Origin: Octopus bimaculoides
Lineage: Eukaryota
Length of the DNA stretch: 64,000 nt
Reading direction: 5' to 3'
NCBI RefSeq assembly: GCF_001194135.2
Contig: NC_068998.1
Location: 24,282,325-24,346,324, forward strand
Shown here piece by piece: positions 1 through 12,420 of this stretch; within the stretch, counting starts at the first letter, position 1, and each line of letters starts with the position of its first letter. The notes under the pieces are model-generated. The model did no database searches and was not told where the DNA came from. It worked only from the letters and a program-made list of their open reading frames with translations. The position numbers and the translations under genes were made by a program.

Positions 1-111
1 TGGTGTCAATGCAAAACATATGAAGTCAATGGCATACACATAGTGCATGTACATATATGAATACATATTATACTTCTGTGTGTGTGTGTGTGTGTGTGTG
101 CTCGTATATAG

Positions 112-285
112 GTGCAGGATGGCTGTGTAGTAAGAAGTTTGCTTTCCAGCCACATGGCTCTGGATTCTCTCCTATTGCATGGCACCTTGGGTCTTTTAGT
201 AGTCTTCTACTATAGCCTCAGGCTGACCAAAGCCGTGTCAGTGGATTTGGTAGATTGAAACTCAAAGAAGCCCATCATATATGAA
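112..285 (+). mobile_element. tRNA-derived SINE, family B (partial)
   Basis: Head GGATGGCTGTGTAGTAAGAAG...GGATTC, then GGCACCTTGGG...GTCTTCTACTATAGCC...GTGGATTTGGTAGA...GAAGCCC, matching the full copy at 4090-4495. Confidence 0.8.
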
Positions 286-676
286 TAGAAAAGAAGTTTA
301 CTATTCAGTTCAACAGGATTTTTGACACTTGAACCCCATTCAAGACAAAATATATAAGAAGGGAATTAAAGGGAAAGTATCAAACATGTTCATAACTATG
401 ATACAGAATATGAGAACAAACTGTTTTAACTTCTAGTTTTTTCTTATTTCCTAATCCTTGTCTTTGAATTTTCAGTATTTGATAAGCTGGATATACACAT
501 AAAAACTGGTAATATTATTTAAAAGTCCCTTAATGTGACAAATATAAAAATATCTTGTCTGATTAAAGAAGAAAGTAAAAAAAATCTTTAAACATACTTT
601 TGTGCTGTTTCCACTTTTCCTTTTCACCTATAACCTTTGATTTGTATACATTCTTAACCTCTTTTCAACTATATAT

Positions 677-992
677 GAAAGCACATGGCTCAGTGGTTAG
701 AACATAAGGCTCACAATCATGAGATAGTAAGTTCAATTCCTGGACCAGGCTGTGTGTTGTGTTCTAGAGCAAGACACTTTATTTCACATCACTCCAGTTC
801 ACTCAGTTGTAGAAATGAGCGGCAATGTCACTGGTGCCAAGCAGTATAAGCCTCTGCCCTTCTGTTAAATAAAATCAGTGGTATGGAGAGGGAGAGGCTG
901 GTCTTCCATAAACGACCTTGCCCAGACTTATGCCTCGGAGGTGAACTTTCTAAGTGCAATCCCACGGTCATTCAAAACCAAAGTGGGGTCTT
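677..992 (+). mobile_element. tRNA-derived SINE, family C
   Basis: A-box-like TGGCTCAGTGG and B-box-like GTTCAATTCC; core GAGCAAGACACTTTATTTCAC...CTCCAGTTCACTCAG; same body recurs at 23722-24050(-), 38762-39082(-) and 52735-53062(-). Confidence 0.8.
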
Positions 993-1016
993 TAAACTTT
1001 ACTCTGTATATATATA

Positions 1017-1215
1017 TCATCATCATCATCATCATCACTTCATTGTCATCATTTTACATCTGCTTTCTGTACTGGCATAGGTTGGATAAGTCATCACAGT
1101 CTGAGTTATTTCTTATTAGGAATCTCTGCTTTGTTCCCATAAACTGATGTTCATATGTATCATATGGCTTGGTTTCTATAGCTGAATGACCCTTCTATCA
1201 TGAACAACTTTAACT
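1017..1215 (-). mobile_element. RTE-LINE 3' end with (GAT)n tail, degenerate
   Basis: (CAT)n followed by ...GCATAGGTTGG...GGTTTCTATAGCTGAATGACCCTTCT, the family seen intact at 14572-14845. Confidence 0.6.
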
Positions 1216-1414
1216 GCAACCCCACTGGTTATGACAACAAGAGTTCCAATAGTTGATCTGATCAATGGAGCAGACATTTTTTTAAATGTCCCTCGTTTTT
1301 ACGCAATATGATGTGGTTTAAGAATGAGACTAGCACCCTGAGTGATTATGAACTGGTATGTATATAATGTTGTACACAGTAAAGGCTTCTTTATCTTTAT
1401 TATTACTGGTATTT

Positions 1415-1790
1415 CATCTGAGTTCATATTCCGCAGAGGTCGACTCTGCCTTTCATCATTTCAGGGTCGATAAAACAAGTACCAGTTGAGTACTGGGGTC
1501 ACTTTAATCAACTATCCCCCTCCACCAAATTTCAGGCCTTGTGCTTATAGTAGAAAGGATTAGTGTGTTAATATGAGGTTATCAAGGGTGGCAAGCTGGC
1601 AGACTCATTAGTGGGCTGGGTAAAATGCTTAGCGGAATTTCATCCATCCTTACATTCTCAGTTCAAATTCCACAGTGGTCAACTTTTCCTTTCATCCTTC
1701 AAGGGTCAATAAAATAAGTACAACTTGCAGACTGGAGTCAATATATTTGACTTACTCTCTCCCACGGACTTCTTGAGATTGTGTCAAAAT
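1415..1790 (+). mobile_element. Two head-to-tail family A SINEs
   Basis: Repeated CTGAGTTCA(A)ATTCC...GACT(T/C)TGCCTTTCATC...GGGTCGATAAAA(T/C)AAGTAC motif. Confidence 0.8.
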
Positions 1791-1809
1791 TCAAAATAAA
1801 ATAATAATA

Positions 1810-2058
1810 AATGCACCCATTTAAAGCCTAGCCAGGCTCATGGGCCCGGTTTCCCGGTTTCAATGGCGTATGTGTTCCCCAGTTGGACGGGACGCCAGTC
1901 CATCGCAGCGTTACTCATATTTGCCAGCTGAGTGGACTGGAGCCACATGAAATGAAGTGTTTTGCTCAAGAACACAACATGTCGCCCGGTCCAGGAATCA
2001 AAACTACAATCTTAAGATCATGATGCTGACACCCTAACCACTGATCCACGCGCCTCCA
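1810..2058 (-). mobile_element. Family C-like tRNA SINE
   Basis: Minus strand reads GTGGAGGCGCGTGGATCAGTGGTTAGGGTG...GATTCCTGGACCGGG...GTGTTCTTGAGCAAAACAC. Confidence 0.75.
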
Positions 2059-2089
2059 CCAAAATTCAAAAGCAATATCAAATTACAGG

Positions 2090-2355
2090 TGTCGAGCTGA
2101 CAGAATCGTTAGAATGTGAGGCAAAATGCCTATTGTTATTTTTAACACAACGAGCAGGCAGAGTCATTAGCATGCCAGGTAAAATACTTAGCAACAGTGT
2201 GTCCATCCTTACATCCTGAGTTCAAATTCCCTTAAGGTTGACTTTGCCTGTCATCCTTTCAGGGTTGATAAAATAAGTACCAGTCAAGCACTGGGGTTGA
2301 TGTAATCAACTAACCCCCTGCCCCCAAATTTCAGGCTTTGTGCCTATAGTAGAAA
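2090..2355 (+). mobile_element. Family A SINE with duplicated head
   Basis: GAGCTGACAGAATCGTTAG head, a second head at about 2150, then the A-family body and tail. Confidence 0.75.
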
Positions 2356-3100
2356 GTAATACAAGGTTATCAAGGAGGACATTAGGTATTAGGATTATTG
2401 TGAATAAATTAATATGAATATATATACTGGATTCTGGTTCATTAGTGCTTTTGTAGTGAAATTACTTAATAATTATTTTGTTGAATTTTTCATTTGTGAT
2501 TATCAGTATCACTTGTAGAGATTTCTATTGTTGGCTCTATGATTCTGTCTTGAGTATTATTAAAATAACCTGCTGGTTTCTATTTCTAGCATATTGCAAG
2601 ACCATATAAAGACTCCCTTGTTGAGATTCCTTGTATCAAGAATGTTGAGATAGCGGGCAGCTGCTGATAGGCAAGCTATTTGTATCTCAATTTCAAAGCC
2701 TTGCAACATTACAGCTATTCAACAACAATAGGACCCTAAACAACAACAGGACATGACAGCATCCATATCAAGTGACAGATTACTAACAGTTAATATCATA
2801 TAAATGTTTACCTTGCACTACATATGACGATATTAAATTTGAAATAACAAAGAAATTTGTCAAGCATTTCATTCATTAGCAGTTAAATCTATCAATAGAT
2901 CAATAAAATCACTATTTAATTAGTGATATTGTTTAAAGTCTTCAATGGACAACAATAGAGAGAGGAGAGCTGTATGAAACAAAACTAAATAAATAAACTG
3001 AATACAATTTTTATAGGATATTCTATATTTTACTCTTTATTATAATAATATGGAGCAATATATAAATAAATGTGACTTTTATTAGCAAAGTGACTTCATG

Positions 3101-3134
<34 letters not shown>

Positions 3135-3398
3135 TATTCATCCATTGCTTTTTTTCTGTTTTTTGTTTTTACTTTGAACCAGAGATGACATCTCATAAAA
3201 CTATTGACATTGGTTAACTCAATGACTATATATCATAATAGAAACATTGGCAGAAAGCAATGCCAAAAGAAAACTCTTCATGGAGAAAATTTAAAATAAG
3301 ACTATTTTAATTTGCAATTTTAGTTATTCTCTGACAATATGTGAAAACTGATGAATATTTCAGTCTACAAATGTTAAATAAAGACAAGAACACTTAGA

Positions 3399-3439
<41 letters not shown>

Positions 3440-4085
3440 GAAGGCAGCAAGCTTGCAGAATCATTAGCACACTGGACAAATTGATTAGCAGCATTTCGTC
3501 TGTCTTTACATTCTGAGTTCAAATTCTGTCAAGGTCAACTTTGCCTGTCATCCTTTCAGGGTCGAGAGAATAGGTATCAGTTGAACACTGGGGTCAATGT
3601 AATTGACTTACTCTCTCCGCCAAAATTTACTGGCCTTTTACCAAAATTTGGATCTATTATTATTATTATTATCTACTAGTGGAGCCATTACTACACTAGA
3701 TAAAATGCATTTCTTAGCAGCATTTCTTCTGGCGTATTATATTCTGAGTTCAAATTCTGCAGTAGTTGATTTTGCCTTTCATGCTTACGCAGTCGATAAA
3801 ATAAGAATAGTCAAGCAATGGAGGTAGTGTAATTGACAAGCCCACTCCCCCAAAATTTCAGACTTTGTGCCTGTAATAGACAGTCATGACTATAATTAAA
3901 GGCAACAAGCTGACAAAACCATTAGCTCATTAGACGAATTGCTTAGTGGCATCCTTTTTAGATGCATACACTCTAAGTTCAGACTCCACCAAGGCCAACT
4001 TTGTCTTTTATTCTTTCAGGCTTGTTAAAATAAATATCAGTTGAACACTGTAGTCAGTGTAATCAATTACCCAACTAATATAGGC
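3440..4085 (+). mobile_element. Three head-to-tail family A SINEs
   Basis: Three successive bodies starting at about 3440, 3660 and 3895, separated by ATT-rich tails. Confidence 0.8.
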
Positions 4086-4089
4086 CTTG

Positions 4090-4495
4090 TGCAGGAGTGG
4101 CTGTGTGGGAAGTAGCTTGCTTACCAACCACATGGTTCTGGGTTCAGTGCCATTGCGTGGCACTTTGGGCAAGTGTCTTCTACTATTGCCTTCGGCCAAC
4201 CAAAGCATTGTGAGTGAATTTGGTAGATGGAAACTGAAAGAAGCCCGTCGTATATATGTATATACATATGTGCTGTGTATATGTTAGTGTGTCTGTGTTT
4301 GTCTCCCCAACATCGCTTGACAACCGATGCTGGTGTGTTTACGTCCCCGTAACTAAGTGGTTCGGCACACGAGACCGATAGAATAAGTACTAGGCTTACA
4401 AAGAATAAGTCCCGGGGTCGATTTGCTTGACTAAAGGCGATGCTCCAGCATGGCCGCAGTCAAATGACTGAAACAAGTAAAAGACAGTAAAAGAG
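4090..4495 (+). mobile_element. Full-length family B SINE with CORE-like centre
   Basis: GCAGGAGTGGCTGTGTGG...GGTTCAGTGCC head; TGGCACTTTGGGCAAGTGTCTTC resembles the CORE domain; tail ...GACTGAAACAAGTAAAAGA. Further copies: 16845-17225(+), 18960-19345(-), 26700-27095(-), 46290-46680(-), 49865-50400(-), 51410-51775(-). Confidence 0.85.
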
Positions 4496-4705
4496 AATTG
4501 TTATTATTATTGTTAGTGCAATGATCTGGAACGATTGCTACCACAACAGACAAAATGCTTAGCAGTATTTTCCCATTTCTTTACATTCTGAGTTCAAATG
4601 TTGTTGATGTGACTGATTTCCCTTTTCCTTCACAATTGCTGGCTTTGCACCAAAGTTAGAAAGAATAATAATTATTGTTCTTGTTGTTGTCATTGTTAAT
4701 ATTAT

Positions 4706-4829
4706 TATAGATGCTTTCGATCTAGTTTGGATTCTTTGCCATCAAATTTGATTGCAGAGAATTCAAATTTGATTGCAAAGAATTCAAATTTGATGGCAAA
4801 GAATCCAAACTAGATCGAAAACATCTATA
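4706..4829. repeat. Near-perfect 46-bp inverted repeat enclosing a 21-bp tandem (hairpin or MITE-like)
   Basis: 4706-4751 is the reverse complement of 4784-4829 at 45/46 positions; three TCAAATTTGAT(T/G)GCA(A/G)AGAAT units at 4742-4804. Confidence 0.9.
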
Positions 4830-4844
4830 TTACAAAGTAGAGTG

Positions 4845-4995
4845 GGAAGCTGGCAGACTTGTTAGCTGGCAAAATGCTTAGTGGCATTTTGTCTGTCCTT
4901 TTGAAGTCAATAAAATAAGTACCAGTTGAACAATAGGATCAATGTAATCACCTGACCCCTTCTCCAAAGTTGCTGGCCTTGTACCGAAATTTGAG
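4845..4995 (+). mobile_element. Family A SINE with internal deletion
   Basis: AAGCTGGCAGAC...AATGCTTAGTGGCATTTTGTCTG joined to GTCAATAAAATAAGTACCAGTTGAAC tail. Confidence 0.7.
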
Positions 4996-6683
4996 ATCAA
5001 GTGTGGATGCTTTCTTGAAGCTTTGTGAAAACAAGGTTCCTCAAATCTAAAGAATTTTTTATAGAATTCTTGCAGAATACAGTATGACACTTTTCTTAAG
5101 GTTGACAATATCCTTCAACTTCTTAAGCAGCAATTGCCACAGGAATAATTGCCACTTTTATCTTCCACAATCTCTTCAGCCCTCTGGCTAGATCCTAATA
5201 TTACTCAATTCTTTGGCACCCACTCCATTATCATATGGTACTATTATTTGTGTTTTTAATTGTAATGAAGAAGAAATTTATAAAAGTCTCTGACTAGTAG
5301 TTATTAATGAACTTGTGTGGAGTTTATTTTCAGTTGAAAACTTATGTAATAGCCGCAGCTAATGCATAAATATATTTTGCAATTCCTCTTAGAAACAGAC
5401 TTTGCATTTTAGAAAAACAACAACAATACTGAACCAATTAAAATAGAAATCATTAAACTACACAATTAGGCAATAATGGGGATATAGTAATTAAAGAGCA
5501 GATAACTGTTTAGAAATTAATTTTACCATCTGATCAATAAGCTGAATGGTTTTCAAATAACTGCATTGTGACCTCCACATTTACAGCTAGAGTTATTATC
5601 ATTATCATTATTATTATTTATTTGTTTGTTTATTATTAGTTTTAATCACTTATTTATATATTATATACAATACTGTAAATAATAAGATAATAGAATAAGC
5701 TGCTTAGATATTTGGTAATTAGAATTATCAATTAGTATGTGATCAGGCCTGTTTACTTCTTGCTGCTGTATACACAACTATATCAACCTCAGTCCTCAAC
5801 TGATAATTATTTTATCAACATTGGCAAAATGCAAAGCAAAGCTGACCTTAGTAGATTTTGAATACAAAATTAAGAGATTCCATAAGTAAATTTGACATTG
5901 TCAAAAATGCTAATGAGTCCAGCAGTTCATTTTCATCATTTACTATACATTTGCCAACTGGTATATCTACTATGGAAATATATTAATAGATTGGAACCTG
6001 GTTTGATTTTCTTATAATTGTCATTTCTGTTCAAATTGTTGCACCTGTACTAATTAGTGGTTGTGAATATGATGCCAATTGTCAAAATATATCTAATATA
6101 TATTTATATGTACATGATTTTATTTAATATGATATCAAAGAGAAATTTAGAAAAACTTTCTGAATAGAGCAAAGCTATACGTTTACATTGATCATTCTCT
6201 TATAAAGATAAATAATTAAATCCAGAAATTAATCCTGCTCCAGTAAGCATACTTTGAATGTTGAGAAGGCAATAGCATTCTTCATGTAAACATGGAAAAT
6301 GGACATTAAACTTGAAATGCATTCTCATAAATTTTTATTTTGGCTCTGAACTACTTTGGCTGATTTATAACTGTCATAACATATGAAATGCCTTCTGTGT
6401 TGGCTGCGAGAGAAATGAACATCTCTATATGGAGTAGAAATAAGCAGTAAATGACATTCGATTAAATGAATTTGACAATGTAGGTTGCAGAGATTATTTT
6501 CCTTTGCAACTCACATAACATTCAAAATGGCTGTCCATGGCATCTTGCCATCCTCTTGGTTAAGATCAGCATGATGTAATAAATAAAATGCTGAACTTTA
6601 GACAGGTGAAGAAAGATCAATCCCAGCTGTCATCTAAGGCATTACATTATTCTCAATATTCAAATACACACTATACACATACA

Positions 6684-6685
<2 letters not shown>

Positions 6686-6723
<38 letters not shown>

Positions 6724-6766
6724 CATATATATATACATATACACATATATACATATATACGCATAT

Positions 6767-6809
<43 letters not shown>

Positions 6810-6851
6810 CATATATACATACACATATACATGCACACACATACATACATG

Positions 6852-6880
<29 letters not shown>
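6686..6880. repeat. Compound (TA)n/(CA)n microsatellite
   Basis: Read directly; accounts for the IYIY and HTHT ORFs. Confidence 0.95.
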
Positions 6881-6883
<3 letters not shown>

Positions 6884-7036
6884 AATGACAACTATAGCCA
6901 TCACTCACAATCAGGAATGACATGGTCACTAGGATCATGCTTTTACTAATTGTTTTACATGTCCATTTCTTCACAAGCAGACAGACATCCTCTAGGCTCT
7001 TCCATTTTAATCGAGTAGAATATCTAGAAAATGAAA

Positions 7037-7072
<36 letters not shown>

Positions 7073-8399
7073 AAGCAAGAGACAGAGACAGACAGAGAAA
7101 GAGGGAGGGAGAGTATATCTGCACTAGTCTGGAACCTATGTCTTCAGCACTGAAGGGACAAAGAGCAAAGTCGGTCTCGCTTTGATTTAAACTCAGATCA
7201 TGGAGAGGGGAAAGAAATATTGCAAACCATTTTATCGTATGCTCTGATGATTCAGAAAATTGACAATGACATGCCTCCGTGTGTGTGTGTTTGTGTGTGC
7301 ATATAAGTATGTATGTGTGTGTGTGTGTGTGTGTACGTGTGTGTGTGCATGTATGTATAAACATATAAGGAACGGCCTTTCTTTTATATATCTTTTAAAA
7401 ACATGACTATGTTCTAACCTAACTTTTCTGGGAATCAGAACTTCACAGTTCATTCAGAACAATACAGATCCCAAGTTCATTTTTCTCAACATTTCAAAGC
7501 TTTTACCATTTCATCTTCATGAGTTATTTTGGCACCTTCTGTGTTGCCCTTTCTGCAATAGGCAACTTGTGTTTATAAAGACTATCCTCATCAGAAATAC
7601 ATATTCACACACACAGGATATACACAAACACACTTATAGCCCTCAATCTTTATCTTCTGCTTCTTTCAGTCATTGGACGGCAGCTATGCATGCTGGTGCA
7701 CCACCTTGAAAGTTTTAATGGAATAAATCAGCAACAGGGCTTTATTTTTGTAAGACTATTGCTTATTCTGTTAGTTTTTTTCTTGCTGAACTGCTAAATT
7801 ATAGGAATGTAAACAAACCAGCACCAGTTGTTGAGAAGTGGTGGGGGACATATAAAACACAAACACAAACACACACAAACATATATATATATATAATTCA
7901 AGATACTTAATTTGCAGTGGAAAACATGCGCAGGTATTGACATGGAAAGAAGTGATTAGCTGGATAATAAAACCTGGATATGTAAATCTTTGTTCTAATT
8001 TTTATTGATTTATTATTTCTGCTGTGATGACACTATGCAGTCTCTAAGGAGATATGGATTTACCAAGTATAGTGAAGTAAATTAACTGGAGTTCATCTAC
8101 TTTCACTGAGGTTAGCCAGCATTGTTAACAGGTAAAAGCAGACATGGTACCCGCTCACAATTAAATATATATATGCATACACAAATACACACACAATGGG
8201 CTGCTTTCAGTTGCTGACTACCAAATTCACTCACAAAGCTTTAGTTAGACTGGAGCAACAGTAGAAGACACTTGCCAAAGGCGTCACAGAGTGGCGCTGA
8301 ACCCAAGACCATATGATTGGAAAGCAAGCTTTTTATCCATAGAGTTATGTTATACCCATGCATAAAATGAAAGTCATTTAGGTTCTAACAAGACTTGAA

Positions 8400-8655
8400 C
8401 TCACATCACAGAATTCAGAATCTAAAGTATTCACAACTGAAGAGAAAACTTTACCCACAGATCCTAACAGAGTGATACCATGAAAATTGTCGCATACACA
8501 TTTTGACCTGCTGCCTTCATAAACAAACACCAAGACACCATCAATTAAGACCAACAGAATCAGTATTTCTTCCCAGCAAGCAACTATTATCTTGTGTGTT
8601 TCAGGTGCGACAGTGTTATCTCCTGCTTTCAAGAGATCTAAGTGTCTTCCATCTA
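8400..8655 (-). pseudogene. RTE-clade LINE reverse transcriptase fragment
   Basis: LLKAGDNTVAPETHKIIVACWEE...GSRSKCVCDNFHGITLLGSVGKVF matches the RTE RT N-terminal pattern K-G-x-R-x-x-C-x-N-Y-R-G-I-x-L-L-S-x-x-G-K-V-F. Confidence 0.8.
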
Positions 8656-8658
8656 AAC

Positions 8659-8912
8659 CAGGAGTTCTCAACTGTTTCTTTTTTTTATCTATGGACCCCT
8701 TTCATTAATATTTTACTCTGGTGGTCCCGCAAAGTCATAGAAACTTCTTTCAAAATTCCTGTTTTATTTTTTACACATTAACTTGAGTAGATTGAACAAA
8801 GTAAAATGTTAGAGAAAGAAACCTAGCTGTTTCCAGCAAGACATAACAATACGTACACCTAAGGCAAAATTTTTTCAGGGGCTCCTTAAAATACTATTAT
8901 GGATCCCCAACC

Positions 8913-8915
<3 letters not shown>
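8659..8915. mobile_element. Possible hAT-type MITE, truncated by (TA)n
   Basis: Begins CAGGAGTTCTCAAC (similar to CAGGGGTTCTCAAC hAT ends) followed by ATGGACCCC; no second TIR visible. Confidence 0.35.
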
Positions 8916-8990
<75 letters not shown>

Positions 8991-9115
8991 ATAGAATATT
9001 GTAGATATATATATAAATAGAATATTGTATATATATATAAATAGAATATTATATCTATATAAATAGAATATTATATATATATAAGTATAATATTATAGAT
9101 TTATATATAAATATA
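8915..9115. repeat. (TA)n followed by about four copies of a TATATAAATAGAATATT minisatellite
   Basis: AATAGAATATT recurs every 20-26 bp between 8989 and 9075. Confidence 0.85.
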
Positions 9116-9157
9116 ATCATCATCATCGTTTAACGTCCGCTTTCCATGCTAGCATGG

Positions 9158-9257
9158 NNNNNNNNNNNNNNNNNNNNNNNNNNNNNNNNNNNNNNNNNNN
9201 NNNNNNNNNNNNNNNNNNNNNNNNNNNNNNNNNNNNNNNNNNNNNNNNNNNNNNNNN
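9158..9257. other. Assembly gap (100 N)
   Basis: Run of N. Confidence 1.
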
Positions 9258-10619
9258 TCATCATCATCATCATCATCATTTTAACATCTATTTTTCAGTG
9301 CTGCTCACATAGGTTGGACTGAATCTGTGAACTAAATTTTCAACAATCACAAGTTCGTCCTCTCATCAATGCTCACCAGTTTCCAAATAAGGTAATATTA
9401 TTCCTTTTCAAATACGCTTTCATGCCAGAATGGAAACAAAGGAAATGCTTGCATGATGGTGACATTCATTTACAACCATCATATGGCATCTAAACGAGAA
9501 GACAGCAACACATACACACAAACACACATGCTCACATGTAAACACACAGGCGTACATATACTTGTCTACACATTTATATACAATCAGCTTCTTTCAGTTT
9601 CTGTCTACCAAACCACTCACAAGCTTTTGTTCAGCCTAGGCTATAGGAGAAGACACTTGCACAAGGTTTCCCACAGAGGGTCTGAATCTCAAACCATGTG
9701 GTTAGAAAGTAAACTACTTATGACACAGCCCTGTTGTGTAAATATATATTAGTGTATATTTATGAATGTATCTATATATGTATGTCTGTGTACCTGTATG
9801 TGTGTGTTTACATGCATATACACATACAAATATATACATAAATATATATATATATATACATATATATATACATATATGCAAGATCACAAATGGTGGTTAA
9901 CATTTATGACAGTTGTTACGATAGAATTTTATTTATGTATTCATAAATATTGTATCAAAGCAGATAATCCACCATCTTCCAGTAAAATTTTGGTTGGATT
10001 CATAATCATCAAGGTATCATCTCAGCTTTTTATACCTATTTAAGATTTTATCTGATGATGCTGGATTATATGCTATCATGTAATCTCTGAATACACCAAT
10101 AACATTTTATCAAAATAGCAGTCATAAATTCTAAACACCATTTGTGTGTTTTTTTTATACCTATGCCACACCAAGAAGTAATCTTGAGTCAGATTTACTG
10201 TTTAAATTGGATTTGGTACTTACATATCTACAATATCCTATCAATGACTGACACCTTAATGGTTGTTTTAACTCACTTTGAAGCCTTTGTTATTGCACCT
10301 AGCCATTTCTGGTATCCTATGTGGTGATGTGCCTAGATTCTTTTAAATTCTATAACTACATATTTATCTATCTATCTAGTTATCTAATATATGTACACTA
10401 TATTAAAATGAGTACTAATAGCTTCTTGCTATGAAGATACATGGCTAGACAGGTTTTATAACATGCCTTGTGTCACCAAGCAGTCTTTAAGTACTGAACA
10501 CATGGTCTGTTCTATTTCAAAATCAAGATGGTGGTACATCAGAAACCATGTGAAAAAAGGTTGATACAAAATGTGGAAGGGTGAATAAAAACACAAAAAG
10601 AGCAAAGAAATGAAAGAAA

Positions 10620-11000
10620 ATTAGAATTACATCCCCTTTGACTGTAGAAGTCGTAATTAAACTAGCTGAAGAATAACTCTATAGAGAGGGGTCCAAAATC
10701 TGCTGGAGAGCTGCTCAATCTAGAGAGGGTAGTGCTCTCCAATTCACCAAAAGAAATTTGTTCATATGCTTGCATTTGCTGAAAATTTCAGATTTTGGAT
10801 CAAAAAGAATATGCGATGTTTCTGCAACATATAAATTGCATTTCTTAAATCCATTTACATATGGCATGGATTTCCCCTCAATTCTCCACTTGATTGTATG
10901 CAGTGTGCAGTTGGTTTTCCAACAACATACATGGCTAGCCAACTTAATGGCTTTACTTTTGTCAATGTGCCAGATAGAAGAGTAGTAATTTGCTAACATC
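10620..11000 (+). pseudogene. Possible highly decayed Penelope-like RT
   Basis: TVEVVIKLAEE segment and ATGGCATGGATTTCCCCT resembling the G-x-A-M-G-S-P motif; many stops and frameshifts. Confidence 0.3.
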
Positions 11001-11364
11001 TATTGAAATTGCCTTCATATAAACCAAATTCAATGGGCATTATGCAATTACAGAAAAATTGCACTCATTGAATTAAGTCATTTTATTTTTTTTTTTCCAA
11101 CAATGGGAGACAACTCTAGTTACAGTTTGGGATTATTTTGACTTTATTAGCAAAGCTTTGCTTTCTCCCTATTTGCCTGAGTAGTGATGGATGAATAAAA
11201 GTTGCACATTTGTTAGCACAGAAAAATAAAATTTGTAAGAATCTGTATATCTAGAAGGTTCCAACTGCATGAAAAAATAATAGGTATGTTAATGTTGACA
11301 TATTTGATTGAAGGCTCATTAAATAACCAACTAAATTGCTTTGGTCGAAAATACTTTTAGTCTA

Positions 11365-12146
11365 ACTGCTACTACTAACTACCACCACCACTAATACTGT
11401 TACTGTTAACTACCACTATCTATCATCTACTACTATCATCACCAGTACCACTACTACTACTATCATCACCACTAATACTGCTACTACTAACTACCACCAC
11501 CACCTCCAATACAATTATTTCTACTATCATCGCCAGTACCACTACTATTTCTTCTTACTACTACTACTACTACTACTACTAATACCACCACCACCACTAC
11601 TGCAACCCCTGCTGCTGCCACCACCACTACTAATAGTACTGTTGTTACCACCACCATCATTATCACCACTACCACCACTATTGCTATAGTACAACTACCA
11701 CAAGTACAACTACCAGAGCCATCTCCATCACCATTATCATAAAAAACAAAATAACCAACAGCACAAATACCATCGTAATCAATGACGACCACCACAACTG
11801 CAAGCACCACCAGTGCCAGTACTACAACTACTACACCACCTCTAACAACACCAATACCTCTACCTACCACCACTTCTTCGAATGCTACCAAGTAGTATTG
11901 ACTCTGCTTTGTATTTACAAAAAGGATTTTAATATCAAAGTTTCATTAGAGCAAAGTGTAATTAGTCCAAAGGGTTTTAGACTAAATTGATCTTTCTTAA
12001 CTACTTTACTCTAAAGCACTTTGATCTAAAAATATTTCAGACTTTTAACACTTTGGTCTAAAAACCGCCGCTGTTATTACTACAACTACTGCTACTACTA
12101 CTACCACTACTATTACTACTACTAATAATAATAGTAATAATAATGA

Positions 12147-12189
<43 letters not shown>

Positions 12190-12420
12190 AATACTGACAC
12201 AAACCCTACTACTGTTACCTCTACTATCACCACTACCATCACTACATCATCATAATCACTACTACTATAACCTAACTGACAGTAGTAACTATAGTTGCTA
12301 CCATCATTTTCATTACCGTTGCAATCAACATCACCAGGTTTATTGCCTCTGGCATCGCAATTACCATCTCTCCTATAATCATTACCATCCTCACCACCAT
12401 AACCATCGTCACCGCCAATA
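11365..12420. repeat. Degenerate (ACT/ACC/AAT/CAT)n trinucleotide blocks with a non-repetitive spacer at about 11890-12065
   Basis: Read directly; accounts for the poly-V, poly-L and poly-I ORFs. Confidence 0.9.

Noticed and set aside
677-760. tRNA gene
   Set aside because: The A and B boxes are a SINE head continuing into a SINE body; no complete cloverleaf or terminator
4742-4804. CRISPR-like or operator-like direct repeats
   Set aside because: Contiguous 21-bp tandem with no spacers, in a eukaryotic context with no cas genes
6588-7453. Long ORFs including the 234-aa minus-strand ORF
   Set aside because: They are translations of TA, CA and GA microsatellites
9115-9330. RTE tail apparently duplicated across the 100-N gap
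   Set aside because: Cannot be separated from a scaffolding artefact or two independent insertions
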